DNA of 64,000 nucleotides. It comes from Phaeosaccion multiseriatum. Lineage: Eukaryota; Protista; Ochrophyta, other classes. Each line of letters starts with the position of its first letter. The stretch's first letter is position 1. Positions 13,665 to 26,457 of this stretch are shown here, one piece after another. Location: positions 310,001 to 374,000 of the forward strand of contig OZ218950.1 of the NCBI GenBank assembly GCA_965112735.1, read 5' to 3'. The translations under genes were made by a program, and so were the position numbers. The notes below the pieces were generated by a model that was not told the origin of the DNA, ran no database searches, and saw only the letters and a list, made by a program, of their open reading frames with translations.

Positions 13665-15290
13665 ATGGGGGGTGGCGCAAGCGTACCTGATCAGGACTCG
13701 GAGGAGCTGACCGAGAAGCAGAAGGCTGGCCTACTTAATCACTTAGAGGAGCAGGCGAAGAAGGTGAAGGATGAGGTGACTCGACGGGCGAGCTTAGACG
13801 ACAACCAGCGGGCAGCCCACGTATTCGAGCACCTCAAGAGGTCAGTTGGTGCATTCAGGTTCAGGGTAGACGGGTGGGATAGGGGAAGGGAGAGGGGGGG
13901 TCAGGACGGAGAGAGGAAGGAGGGCGGTACTTGGGGAGATGGCGAAAGGACGGCCTTGTCTGAGGGTTATTCTTATACCGTGACAGATGTGACACATCTC
14001 CCCACCAGCCAGTGCAACAGTCAGGTCCCCAAACCCTCGGACGCAGCCGCCCCTTTGCTTTCTCGCTCCAGTGTCTTCTTCGCAAACTCACCTTCGGTCG
14101 GTTCCGGTTTGACGCTCACGGTACATCAATGCTCGATTGCTTCGATTGCTCGCAGCATACCAACGCTCGATCGCTTCCAGCCCCTGCCAATCTCACTCGC
14201 TGCTCCACCTGCTCCCATGCCGTCTCCCTCTGCAGCGAGTATGTGAAGCAAGTGGCCCCACTGAAGCAGGCACTAGGGAAAGGTAGTGCGGAGGCGGAGG
14301 TGGACGCACAAAATGGAGCAGCAGTAGTAGCACCAGGCGACGGCTTTCACCCCACCGTCTCTCCGAAAAGTCAGCACGAGTTCAGGAGACGCAGGCTGAC
14401 GTTTGCGTCGCAAAAGGCCATGAGTAGTAATAAGCTGCCTGTCAGTGGGAACAACTTTGGCTTCTACAAGTTCTTCCAGAGCGGCGAGATCGGCGAGCTC
14501 CGCGAGCAAGGCGCGCCCCTGCCGAAGGAAGTATTGGGCACCTTCTCCTGCCACGGGATGGAGCCATCCTGGGACGAGGGTAACAGCGATGGCAAGAGCG
14601 AAGTGAGCGCCAAAATTAACCAAGACAGAGGATGTGTTGTGTGTCCCTTCTTGGGCAGCCCCACGTCTATGCTCTGTTGCGTGTTCGACGGACACGGGGA
14701 GAAGGTGGGTGGCAAGGTGCACAAGTTGGTGGTGTGCGGCACGCGATTGGCAACACAGAGTGCGGACAGGGAGACAGAGAGAGAGGGAGAGAGAGAGTCA
14801 AGAGAGGAGCAAACACAGCCCTGCCGCTCTGGGGTCCTAGGGCGGAGGGAAAGCCGGAGAGGGGGCTCTTATTCCTCGAGTACCGACAAGGATGTGGCCC
14901 TACCCTCAGCAATGCCTTTTCCAGGGGGTTGCTGACTGCTACCGTGCGAACACACGTCTACTCCCCCTCGGTCAACTCACTCTCCGCCCGCTCCCACCCC
15001 CTCCCTCTCCTCCCCCTCTCTTGCTCTCCTCACTCTCCGCCCGCTCCCACCCCCTCCCTCTCCTCCCCCTCTCTTGCTCTCCTCACTCTCCGCCCCCTCC
15101 CACCCCCTCCCTCTCCTCTCTCTCTCTCTTGTTCTCCTCACTCTCCGCCCGCTCCCACCCCCTCCCTCTCCTCCCCCTCTCTTGCTCTCCTCACTCTCCG
15201 CCCGCTCCCACCCCTTCCCTCTCCTCTCTCTCTCTCTTTCGCTCTGCTCGCCCTCCGCCCACTCCCACTCTCCCCCCCCCCCCCCGCACG

Positions 15291-15344
<54 letters not shown>

Positions 15345-16843
15345 CAAACACACAGGGTGACGTCGTGAGCAACTTTGTGATGGAGCAAATGGCCCCACGA
15401 CTCTGTACGCACGCAGCCATCGCCAGCGACCCGGCACAGGCGCTTAGGGAAACCTTTATGGGCATAAACAAGGACCTGGAAACCCTCGCAGACGCAGACG
15501 TGCTCTACAGCGGCACCACCGGGGTGGTTACGTTGGTTATTGACAGCCGAATGTACGTCGCCAATGCAGGAGACAGCAGAGCGATCATGGCCACCAAAAC
15601 GTCCGACCCCCATGCCCCCCTGGCGATCACACCCTTGTCCAACGACCACAACCCTGACCGCCCGACGGAGATGAAACGCATCATCAAGGCCGGGGGTTTC
15701 ATCAGTCCTCCGCCCGAGCCCGGCCTGAGTGCACGCGTGTGGCTGGACAAGGAGATGACGCAGGTATGTGTGGGTTTTCACTGGGGTGTTCTTTCATTCA
15801 GTATCGAAGCTTCCGTGGCGTGGGTGTGAGTTTGTTGGACCGCAAGTCACTGATTTGTATGTTGGTGAAGATGACTTTGTGGGCAAAGTCTGGGTGCTGT
15901 GTGGCCTGCGGTGGGCTCACGTAATCACCAACGACCTGACTCTGAGCGTGACTCTGAGCCCTCACACGCTTTGTGGGCCAACCCGCTCTCGCACTGCTGA
16001 GTCTGTTCAGAGATCGGCCTACCGGGCTGTCCTTCATAGTCAACTCGCGCTGAGCGGCTGGTTGTTCTGGGGTGTGGGTATAGCTATGTGGGTATCCAAT
16101 GCCCACTAACCCATTCATTGACCTACTTACTCACTTGCAACAGGTGGGATTAGCCATGGCGAGGTCCATCGGGGACCATGCCGTCAAGGACGTGGGCGTT
16201 GTTGCCGAGCCAGAGGTCAGTCAGGGAGGAAGAGAGGGAGGGAACGAGAGAGTGACTGGGTGGATGAGTGGATGGGTGGGTGAGGGAAAGGGTGGGTGGG
16301 TGAGTGAGTGAGGGGGTGAGTGGGTGAGCGAGTGGGTGGATGGGGGAGTGAGGGAGTAAGGCAGTGGGTAGGTGGGTGGGTGGATGGGGTAGTGAGGGAG
16401 TGGGTAGGTGAGTGGGTGGGTGCGTGAATGACTGACTGACCGACGGACTGGTGGACTGGCTGACTGACACTAAAACTGAAACTTTGCAGGTGACGGTGCG
16501 GGACGTGAGTGCGAGAGACGCGTTCTTCGTCATGGCCTCTGACGGGGTGTTTGAGTTCTTGCAAAACGATGAAGTGGTCAAGCTCGTGGATGACGCCATC
16601 AGTACCAACGGAGGGAACGTGGAGGGGGCATGCGAGCTTCTTATCGGGGAGGCAGCGAGGCGCTGGAGGGAGAATGAGGGCACCTATCGAGACGATATCA
16701 CTGCGGTCATTGTGAAGTTCCCTTGCTTTCATCTGGAGGAGCTAGGAGAAAGGGAAGGGGCGGAGGGGGCGGGAGGAGGAGTAGGAGGAGGAGAAGGAGG
16801 AGGGGGGGGAGGAGACGGAGGCAAAGGCAAGGAGGCGGGGTGA
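13665..16843 (+). CDS. PP2C/PPM protein phosphatase with N-terminal MG (possible myristoylation); 5 exons
   Basis: Motifs KINQDRG, VFDGHG, SGTT, YVANAGDSRA, DHNPD, GLAMARSIGD, MASDGVFEFL, DDITAV. Exons 13665-13840, 14236-14704, 15356-15763, 16144-16215, 16490-16843. Confidence 0.95.
14976..15270. repeat. ~52-bp pyrimidine-rich minisatellite in a PP2C intron
   Basis: Repeated TCACTCTCCGCCCGCTCCCACCCCTCCCTCTCCTCCCCCTCTCTTGCTCTCC, about 5-6 copies. Confidence 0.85.
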
Positions 16844-17286
16844 TGGACTCATTCATTCGTGGCTGCTTTACCACTCATCACGGGAGCTAAGGAGCTCTGC
16901 TGTGCTGGGCCCGGCGGGTTCCGCTCTTCGTATTCACATAATGTAATTTCACTTTAGAAGGGGAGGGTAAGATCTTAGCCACTCTTTAGGTTCGACACAG
17001 AAACGAAAAAGTACCCGAGGCGATTCCTCGGTCTCACACTCGACGGCCACAAAAGTTACTGTGAGAAAATACACATTATTGAGTTACAACGAAACAAGCT
17101 CTGGCTTTCGAGCTTTCGAGCTGTACGGAGGGAGAAATGGAGAAGTCGCTACTGCTGAGGGGGCACAAGTCGGCTGCGCCTAAACCCCCCCCCCCCCCTC
17201 CTCCTCTCTCTCTTGCTCTTTCATTATACTACCCCGCCTTCTACCGCCGGGCCGTCCACTGCCATTCGCTGTCGTCCTTCACTCGC

Positions 17287-17321
<35 letters not shown>

Positions 17322-17798
17322 CGACAGCCTTTACTATGTATATGGGAGACAAGAGAGGATGGATATAACCTATAACCACCCGCTGACCCACCCACCCACC
17401 CACCCACGCTCACCATGGCAGGCGAGCAGGCCGGCCCTTCCATCGTGTCTGTCTCGTGTCTGGCATTCGGCCTCGTTTTATCCCTTTTCCTCCTTCCGTG
17501 CTTTTGGTTCCCTTATGTTGGCCCCGACAAGAGGGTGTGTGGGCATAGGCCCCTCCTCTTCGCGTGTCCTTGTATCACCAACTTCCCAAGTCTTCTTGAG
17601 ACAGATAAGCAGATAAGCACCGGCCATCCACTGCCTTCCCCACGTGGCGATGGTGCCATCACTCGCAACTCGCAAAGCAACGCCCCCCCCCCCCCCTCCC
17701 GGGGAGACCGCCCCAATAAGCCAAATCAACGGCCGTATACCGTGATGTATACTGTGATGTATACCGTGCCGTGCTCACCCATCACTGCTCCACTCTTT

Positions 17799-19694
17799 CT
17801 ACATCTTCTCTCCTGCACCCATGGTGTTGATAGACTGCTCAATGTCATCTAATCCGATCTCGTCCTCCCCCTCCTCACCGTCCGTGTTGCCGTCGGACTT
17901 CATTACCACCGAACTACCATCGTCCCAGACCCAGGTGGTACCCGCTGGTCTGTCCGGTGGGGCCACCTTGGGCACCTTGGGCTCGCCGTTGGCCGCTGCC
18001 ATCTCCCCTCCATCCGCTGCCGTTCCATTCACACCACCACCACCCGTGCCATCTCCGGCTCCTGCTCCTCCTCCTCCTCCCTCAGCCCTCTCCGCGGCCA
18101 CTCTTCGAGCAGCCATACCGTCTGCCGCCCTCGCCTCCGCCGAGCCCCGCAACAGCGTTTGGTTGCTGCCGTCGTCGCCAGCTGCAGACGAAGACATCTC
18201 CTTGCCCGAAGCAGACCCGTGCCTTGACTTACTGAGCTGATCAGCCACGTTTGGTTGCTCCTGCAGCAGCTGCTTGACCAGGGCGTCCTTGGTGACGTTC
18301 TTAAAGATCTTATGGCCCAGCAGGGTGGTGGTGGTGGGCCTCTTCTTGGGATCTTTCTGCAGGCAGAGGCGCAAGAACTCCTTAAAAGGACGACTGAATG
18401 GCTCCCCGTTGCACTGCTTGTCGTCCTGGTACGTGGACAGGCTGGGGGGGTCCTCCTCGATGGTCATGAGCAGCACCTGCATACGGCATACGCGACACGA
18501 GCACATACACACATACACACACACATGGGGACGAAGAGTCAGTGAGGCTGTCGGGGAGTGAGACAGGGAGAGAGGGAGGGAGTGAGCCAGTCAGTGGGTC
18601 AGGCAGAGAGGGAGAGAGTGGGTGAGTGCGGCAGCAGGCAACAAGACACGCGCTCACACGCACTCACGCACCCACTCACTCCCTCACTCACCTTCATAGG
18701 CAACTGCTTGGCGTAGGGGGCGAATCCCTTGGCCAGCTCCAGGGCCGTGATGCCCAGGCTCCAAATGTCTGCCTTTTGGTTGTAACCGTCCACTTGCTCC
18801 ATCACCTCTGGTGCCATCCAGCAGGGCGTGCCCACAAACGTCTTAGCCGTTGTGCGGCGGGCTCCATAGCCCACGAGCCAGCCTGCCACGCCAAAGTCCG
18901 CCAGCTGCAGAGGGGAGAGGGGAGGGGGGGGGGAGAAGCACGAGGGTCCGAGGGGCGCAGGTCAACAAGGGGAAGGTGAGGACGAGTGGGCGCACCAAGG
19001 TCGGTCAGAGGGTCAATCATGGATGGGCCACTTTGAATAGTACGCTTGTGCTCCTCCTCCTTTTTCTCCTCCTCCTCCTTCGCTTCTCTCTCCAGGTCTG
19101 TCAACTCCCGCCCACCCTCCCTCCCTCCCTCCCTCCCGGTGTCTGCCACGTCATCCCGCCTATTCCCATGACCTCAGGCAAGTGCACCAGCACGTCACGC
19201 ACGCACCCACACGTGCCCCCACGCACCTCCACGTGTCCCTCTCCGTTGAGGAGGATGTTTCCCGCCTTGATGTCCCTGTGGATCTGCCCATTGTCGTGGA
19301 AGTACTTAAGGCCCTGGAGGGTTTCCCGTAGGATGTAAACCACCCACTCCTCCCGCATGCCCCCACCCTGTCCCCTCTTGCGCGCCGTCTCCATAACGTG
19401 CAGGCAGGAGCCCTTGTTCATGTAGTCCATAATGAGCCACAGCTCATTCTTGTTAACGAAGCTGCAGTGACACCTCACCACGTTGGGGTGGTCGCACAGC
19501 CGCATGACGTTGACTTCTTGTCGAATGTCGTCAAATCCCTGCTGCACGTTTTCTAAGTTCATCACCTTGATGGCAACGTCCACCTTTCGGACGGAGCAGT
19601 GGGCCTTCCATACTTTAGCGAAGGCACCGCTTCCGATGCTCTTCTGCAGCTCGTAGCCATCTGCAGAGGCGGGCCATGGGGCTAGCTCGGCCAT
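17799..19694 (-). CDS. STE20-family Ser/Thr kinase, OSR1/SPAK/Fray (GCK-VI)-like; 3 exons
   Basis: [86 protein letters not shown]. Exons 19694-19227, 18904-18692, 18476-17799. Confidence 0.93.
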
Positions 19695-20703
19695 TGTGTG
19701 GCGAGCTGGGTGGGTGTAGACCCGGGGGGGGGGGGGGGGGGGGGTTGGCGCAGCAGCTGGCTGCTGCTGCTGCTGCCTCTACTGCGACAAGCCGATGGAA
19801 GAGGGGATGGTGCTACTGATGGGCCTTCATTCGTCTCGCCATCCTGGCCCCCAGCCCCCGCCTATCGCCTTTGGCTCCTATCTCTCTCAATACACGCGCT
19901 CTCTCTCTCTAAAAGGAAACCTGTGCGGCCAAAAGAGGACAACAACGGAGCAGGAGAGAGGAGGTGCGGGGGCTGGTTGGGTCAGCATGTTGTACAGGAT
20001 AGAAGGGGGCACGTCCGCAGCCCACCTCCTGGCTTGGCGGCTTGTGGTTGGTATTAGAAAGAAAGGCCTCAGCAGAAAAAAACAGATTCTCTTCCTTTTA
20101 TTCTTCGTGCTGCTGCTCTTCCAACGCGTACACTGGCAGAGGAGCACAATCCCCCGTAAGTAATGCAAAGAAACAGAAAACTCGCAGCGAAGGGGGCTCG
20201 GCTGGCAACTCTCGGCACACAAGACTATTCTGGAGGGAAGCGCAGCTCCTAAAAAAAAAGCCCTACTGTAGTTTTAGGCGACGCTCAGATTCACCCCCCC
20301 AACGCAGGGAGCCGTCCCTCCACCCGTCGGACCCAGCACATTCTCCTCGATTCCTCATCCCGGCCCTTCCCCCCAGTGCGCGCTCTGTTCCACTCACCTC
20401 CTCTCCCCTTCCTCCTTGCCCCCCTGCCCTCCAAGGACGAACCGCGCCCCCCAAAAAGGTTGAATGTCCGTCGACTACAGCATATCCGGCGACTCCCCGT
20501 GGCCCACAGTGTAGCCAGGAGCAGCGTGGGGTCCTTGTACGCTCTACACGCCCTATCCTTAAGTCTGCTGCCCTCGCCTTGCCTCCCAAAAAGCGCGCTG
20601 TACTTGGTAAGTGCCGAGCACGATCAACCCCCTCGGGGTAGGCACTTCAGAAAGCGCAAACTCATACGGGCTCGTCTGAACCTGAAATCCTCTTGGGGCG
20701 ATA

Positions 20704-23091
20704 ATGAAGGGGGTCATGAATCTACTGCTTGGGCTGCTGTTGGCCGCCGTGCTTTGCGTTGGAGATGCCTTTGTCGGCTTGCCGTTGGGCGCTTCGCTCG
20801 TGCGAGGAGGAGGCCCTCTTCGCCAGTCTGACGGAGTCGCGTCATTGAAGTGCGGCCTGCTCGACGGCCTCTTTGGAGGCAAGACCGACGTTTCCACGGC
20901 AGCGTCCATCTTCGACTTCACCGTGAAGGACGCGGAGGGCGGCGACGTGCCTCTCAGCAGCTACCAAGGCAAAGCGAAGGTGGGGAAGTGGTAAATGTGG
21001 GCTTTTTTTGTTGCTTGCTCCTGAGCAAGACGCAGGCTGAAAGGGGGGGGGGGGGGCTACCTTGCCAAGGGCGTTCTCCCGCGCTCTTACTCCTTCCTGC
21101 CTCTGCGCTGGTGACTAGGATGGTGTGAGATGGCGTCGCTTCAACTCTCCCTACCGTACACCGAACGCATCAAAATGTGTCCAGCGCTGATGCTTGACCG
21201 AATGCCCCTCCCCTCACCTCCCCACGCAGGCTTTCATCATTGTGAACGTCGCGTCCGAATGAGGTAAGTCCGTCGTACGAATGACAATGTAGCCCGTATG
21301 CAAAGGCAAAGTGGTGGGGTTTGTCTGTGCGGGCCCCCTTGCTCGTCAATGTCCTTCGCCTCCCTGTGCCCTACCCAACCCCACCCCACCCCCCTGCGCG
21401 TGTGGTCTCTGCCACAGGTTTGACCGCCCAAAATTACAAGGAGTTTGCCGAGCTGTACAGCAAGTACAGCAGCAAGGGCCTTGAAATTTTGGCTTTCCCC
21501 TGCAATCAGGTACGACGCATGAACAGGGGCTGTTGACCTCCTTTCGATACAAGTTACTTGGACACACTTTTCCCCAATGTTTGGCTTGCCTCATACTCAT
21601 GCACGACACGAGATTCTTTCTCTTGGCCGCGTGCCGCTGGGGCCCCTCGACATCACCATCATCGCTTGTTCTCTCTCTCTCTGTCTGTCTGTCTCTCTCT
21701 CCCTCTCGTCCTCGAAGCTCTCCTCGATTCCCCCTGTACTGCCCCACTCGAACTTTCGCCCCGTCACCGCTCCGCCACCAACCCACCCCCCCCTCTGTCT
21801 CCTCTGCTCTGCTATCCTACCTGCCGGCCTGCTTCTCTTTCCCGTTTCTCCTGTGCTGCTCGCAGTTCGGGGGACAGGAGCCTGGCTCCAACGCTGACAT
21901 TCAGCGGTTCGGTAAGTCCCACCGGGTCGCACTGAAGAGGCTCCGTGAAGTGAACTGAAGAGGCTTTGCGTGTGTGTGTGTGTGTGTGAGTGTTTGTGAG
22001 TGAGTGTGTGTGTGTGTGTGTGTGTGTGTTTGTGTTTGTGTTTGTGTTGTACTCAAACAGGTGAGCTCCACACCTCTCCTCCCCCCCTGTCATACGAGAG
22101 CACAGGGACAGACAGGAACAATACGCTACCCTCAACACCTGTCCTGCCTGTCTTGCCCTTCCCAAACCTCTCCCCCCATACACTCACTCTCTCCTCCTTG
22201 TCCTCCTCCTCCTCCTCCTCCTCCTCCTCCTCCTCCTCCTCCCATTCCTCCTCCTCCATCCCCCTTCCTCCTCCGCTCATCAGCGAAAAGTCGCGGAGCG
22301 GAATATCCTGTGTTCGGCAAACTCGAGGTACGTTACGGCACTGGTACTGTACGGATGGAACAACTGTCTGAAGATATATAAGATTCCCTTCTTTTTTTTG
22401 CGTGTCCTTTGTTGATATGCATGCAATGTCTGAACATACCTGCTTTCAATCAATCTTGCCTATCGAAGGTGAATGGGGACGGCGCAGATCCCCTGTTCAA
22501 GTACCTCAAGGCCAAGCAGGGGGGCGCCTTGGGAGATGCCATCAAGGTGGGTGGGTACGTGGGTGCGTGCGTGGGGACGTGGGTGCGTGCGTGGGGACGT
22601 GGGTGCGTGCGGGGCGTGAGGGGCGAGACGGCAAGGCGCGTACGTGCTATCTGATACACGACGGTTATACACGGTGATAGGCCTCCAAGGCGCAGATAGA
22701 CAAGAGACAAGGTGATACACGGTTATACACGGTGATAAGGCCCCCAAGGCGCGGATAGACAAGAGGGGGACATGCAGACACGCTCGGGCGAGGAGTGCAG
22801 TACAATGCAGCGCAGTCTTCAGTCTTTCATCCAAACGCTTTTCTCTCTCCTTATTGAGGAGGGGGAGGAGGAGTATGAGTCGTACAGACCTTCCCAGGCC
22901 TGGCATGTCAGTCCAACCCCCCCCACCCTCTCTATCGCTTACAATCAACCTTCGTCGCCACCCCTCCCTGTCCCGCCCTTCAGTGGAACTTTGGCAAGTT
23001 CCTCATCGATGGAGAGGGGCGACCCGTCAAGCGTTTCGCCCCTACGGACAGCCCTCTCTCTATGGAGAAGGACGTGGCTGCCTTGCTCTAG
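20704..23091 (+). CDS. Selenocysteine glutathione peroxidase (GPx4/PHGPx-like) with bipartite plastid-targeting presequence; 7 exons
   Basis: Splices to ...IVNVASE(TGA=U)[31 protein letters not shown]. In-frame TGA at 21260-21262 sits at the catalytic position. Exons 20704-20979, 21230-21263, 21418-21509, 21866-21911, 22284-22327, 22469-22546, 22984-23091. Signal peptide followed by DA-F motif. Confidence 0.93.
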
Positions 23092-23318
23092 AAAGCTCAA
23101 CTAGGTAGGCCTGATTGGGCGTCAGCTTCTGTGCCCAATCAAGACTGGAGCTCCGCCAGCGACAGCCAGGCCAGGTCAGCCCTGCAAACCTTGGAGTACA
23201 TCTATATACATATGCATCGCGGGAAACCAAGCGTTGTGGCGTCTCCTCCCCGCGCCCGCCCTCGTCCCTCGTCCCTCTCCTCTTCCTTTGCCCGCTCGAT
23301 CGCCGGCCATTCAAGGCG

Positions 23319-23399
23319 GCCTGCTGTGAACGACGAATGCAAATGCCACAAAGGGCGGTTTCAAGAAACCGCCGTGGATGCTTCTGACCAACAGTAGGC
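23319..23399 (+). promoter_or_regulatory. Candidate SECIS element in the GPx 3' UTR
   Basis: Helix GCCTGCTGT/ACAGTAGGC, tandem GA core (CGAC/TGAC), imperfect helix 2, unpaired AAA, then apical mini-stem GGCGGTTT/AAACCGCC. Located ~230 nt after the stop of a Sec-containing gene. Confidence 0.55.
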
Positions 23400-23668
23400 G
23401 CCCTTGGGTGTCGCGATAGACGGGAGGAAGGGAAGGGCTGGGCAGGAGGGAGGGGCCGGGGTGATGCCCAACGCAGCGACTCGACGCGACGGGAAGGGCT
23501 TCTGTGGGCAAGGAAGGAAGGAAAGAAGGAAGGAAGAGGGGCTTACACCACGCTTCTTTCAAGTATAGGATGCCTTCTTTTGCCTCTAGTGAAGTTTGAA
23601 TAGTATCGGTTCCAATGAAGGAAGGTTTTATTCAATACGGCACCCTTCGGACCGATCAGGTGCAGTTA

Positions 23669-24089
23669 TTAGGAGAGGAACGGCAGCAGGCTTCGGCGAA
23701 TGTACTGAAGGGCAGCGGCTCGGCTTCCTCTACCCCCTCCTCCTCCTCCTCCTCCTCCTCCTCCTGCCTCGCTGCTATCGAACCTGTCCAGTAAAGCCCC
23801 CAGCGAGAGCAAGTGCACCGTGGAGCCCTGCGCCAAGGCCAACATCCGCTGATCAGTGCTCACTGCGACGCGTCTCCGAGTGCCCGGGAGCCCGTCCCCT
23901 GCGTGCAGCCTCAGCACCACCTCCGCGTAGGAGGAAATCGCCGCGCCTCCTGAGGCAGCGCTGCTGCTGCTGTTGCTGCTGTTGCTGCTGCTGTTGCTGT
24001 TGTTGTTGCTGTTGCTTTGGTTTGCTGTGCTGCTACTTCTACTACTTATACGACTGCTACGACTGCTATGAGTACTACTGCTTCTACTC

Positions 24090-24122
<33 letters not shown>

Positions 24123-25865
24123 TTGCTACCGCTTGGTGCCCTCTGTCTCACTTGCCAAATGTCCCAAAACGTGATGCCCCCCTCATTGTCCGTGGTGAGG
24201 ATCCATTGACTCCCCTTGACGAACACCGCAGAGCAGATGGGCTGTCCCCACACCACGCACACGCACTCCCACCGCTCCGTGTCCCACACCATCGCTCTGT
24301 CGTCGTAGGAACAGGTCACCATCTGCTGCTGCCATCCGCTGCCATCCTGTATCACCAACTGCTGCTGCCGCTGGTGCTGCGCGGCCTCTCCAGTCCGCCT
24401 ACTGTCATGTCCCTCCCTGCTACTCCTTCTACTGCTTCTACTGCTACTGCTACTACTACTACTACTATTACTACTACTACTACTACTCCTACTACTACTA
24501 CTACCACTACCACTACCGCTTGGGCAGTTGCTAAACACCAAGGCTCGGAGCCTCTTGGCGTGGTGTCCGTCGATGATGCGACATCTCCCCTTGCTGCCCT
24601 CGAGCCCTTGCCGCAGGGTCAGATCCCACACAGAGAACATTCCCTTCCCCTCTTTCTCACCACCCGTCACCAAGAACTTTCCACACGGGGAGAAGGCCGC
24701 GCAGCAGCAGCTTTTGGGTTCCCCTGTGGTGGGTGTCAGTCGAACGGGTGGGCGAACGGGCGGGCGTCAAATATGTTGAAGGGATTAGGGTAGCACAGCC
24801 AAGGACAATGGGATGAGAGAGGAGGAAGACACGTCAACAAGAGTCGGTCCAGCAGGGGGGGGGGGGGGGAGGATTCCTACCACGGGAAAGGGCAGCAAAA
24901 GACTCTTCTTTCTCGCTCTCCCTCCCTCTGTCCCTCTCTCCACTCCCTCTCTCCACTCTCTCTCTGCCTCTCTCTCTCGTAGGCGGCCTCTCACACCCAC
25001 CCACCTCCGTCCCACTGCGCAATGGTGCTGCCAGTGTCAAAGTCCCACAGTAGTATGCACACAACCCCTTTTGTTTCCCCCTTCGAATTGACGAACGGGT
25101 CCGAAATGCTCGCAACGAGCCGTCCGTTCGGAGAGACAGCGATGGTATGCACGTCAAAACCCCAGCCATGACTACGCGCCGTCCTGTGCTTCTTTCTCTT
25201 GAGGTCCCATGTGTTGATGGAGCCGTTGGGCGTACCCGACACCAGGCCCTTGGCTGAGCACACCGCGGCGTTGGCCATGCTGGTGGTGGTGGAGGTTTTA
25301 TATCCGTTGTCGCCTTTGATGGATATGCACGAGCCAGTGAAGACGGATGGGGGTGAATCATCGAGTAGAGCAGAGGGGGGGGGGAGGCCAAAGTTAAGGA
25401 CGTGTGCGTGCTACAGTTCCGTCAGTCACCAGATGAGTACTTCCACTCAGTGCTTACCCAAGAGGGAAGGAAGTCTCATCAGCACCTTGCGCGAGGCAAT
25501 GTCCCAGAGAGAGACGGTCTTGTCCATGTGGCCGCACACGAGACTTTTGGGACCGACGAGCGAGAAGACAGCGAGAGGAGGGAGGGGAGGGTGTCCGTCC
25601 GGTTAGAGACGGGACACGAGCCATTGCACGCTGTACATGTTGTCTTGTTGTATTCCTCGTTCCTTTCTTTCTTTTCTCCCTCTCTTCCTTCTCTCTCACA
25701 AACCTACCTCGAACCATCTGCGGCGAAGCTCATATAGGACACGACCCCTTTGGGCTTCTTCTTGCCGCTAAGGGTGCCCAGCTTCACGGGGTTCTTGCTG
25801 ACCAATCCCACAGAAAAGTCATTCGTGAAATCCCTGCCCACTCGCTCGTCCTCCTGGCGTTTCAT
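23669..25865 (-). CDS. WD40-repeat protein with poly-Ser insertions; multi-exon
   Basis: Repeated WD motifs: INTWDLK, LLWDFDT, FSVWDLT, VTCSYDDRAMVWDT, ITFWDIW. ATG at 25865 with a donor at ~25707. (TAC)n tracts encode poly-Ser. Confidence 0.75.
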
Positions 25866-26103
25866 ACTGTATCTCTTCACCCTCTTCTTGCCAGACCTTC
25901 ACAGACTATCCATCACCACAACAGCATACTGGGTTGGTAGCTACGTGTACTGATGTCGTCAGCAGTGCTCCAGTAGTCGCGCAATGTGGAATGAAAAGGA
26001 AAAGGAAAATTGATTTAGCCGAGCCCACCGCCGTCGGATTTCATTGCCTTCTTTCCTTCTCCTTCTTTCTCCCTCTTTCGTTGCTTCACATCTCAACACA
26101 CGG

Positions 26104-26408
26104 ATGGCCATGGCCGAGGGCACTGGAGGGAAGGGTGAAGGTAGTACAGTTGCTCGCGATAGTGGTGGGGTTGAGGGCCAGCTGCCCAAGCAAGGGCTTA
26201 GAAAGGTCCCTATTTTGCACAGGTGCTGCCAGGCCTGGTTCGGCGTGTGTTGCCTGTTCGGGATGACAGTGTGCTATGCCCTCATCATGAGCAGTGAAAT
26301 AATATTTAGAAGACAGGAGAAGCTGCGTAAGGAGGAGAGAGCCTGCGTGATCTGCCACTTCTGCTTCAGGTTCGTGAGGGTTAGCTGCTGCGCTGCTGGT
26401 GTTGCTTG

Positions 26409-26457
<49 letters not shown>

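Noticed and set aside
21260-21262. GPx pseudogene due to an in-frame TGA
   Set aside because: The TGA is at the catalytic Sec position and all other exons are intact.
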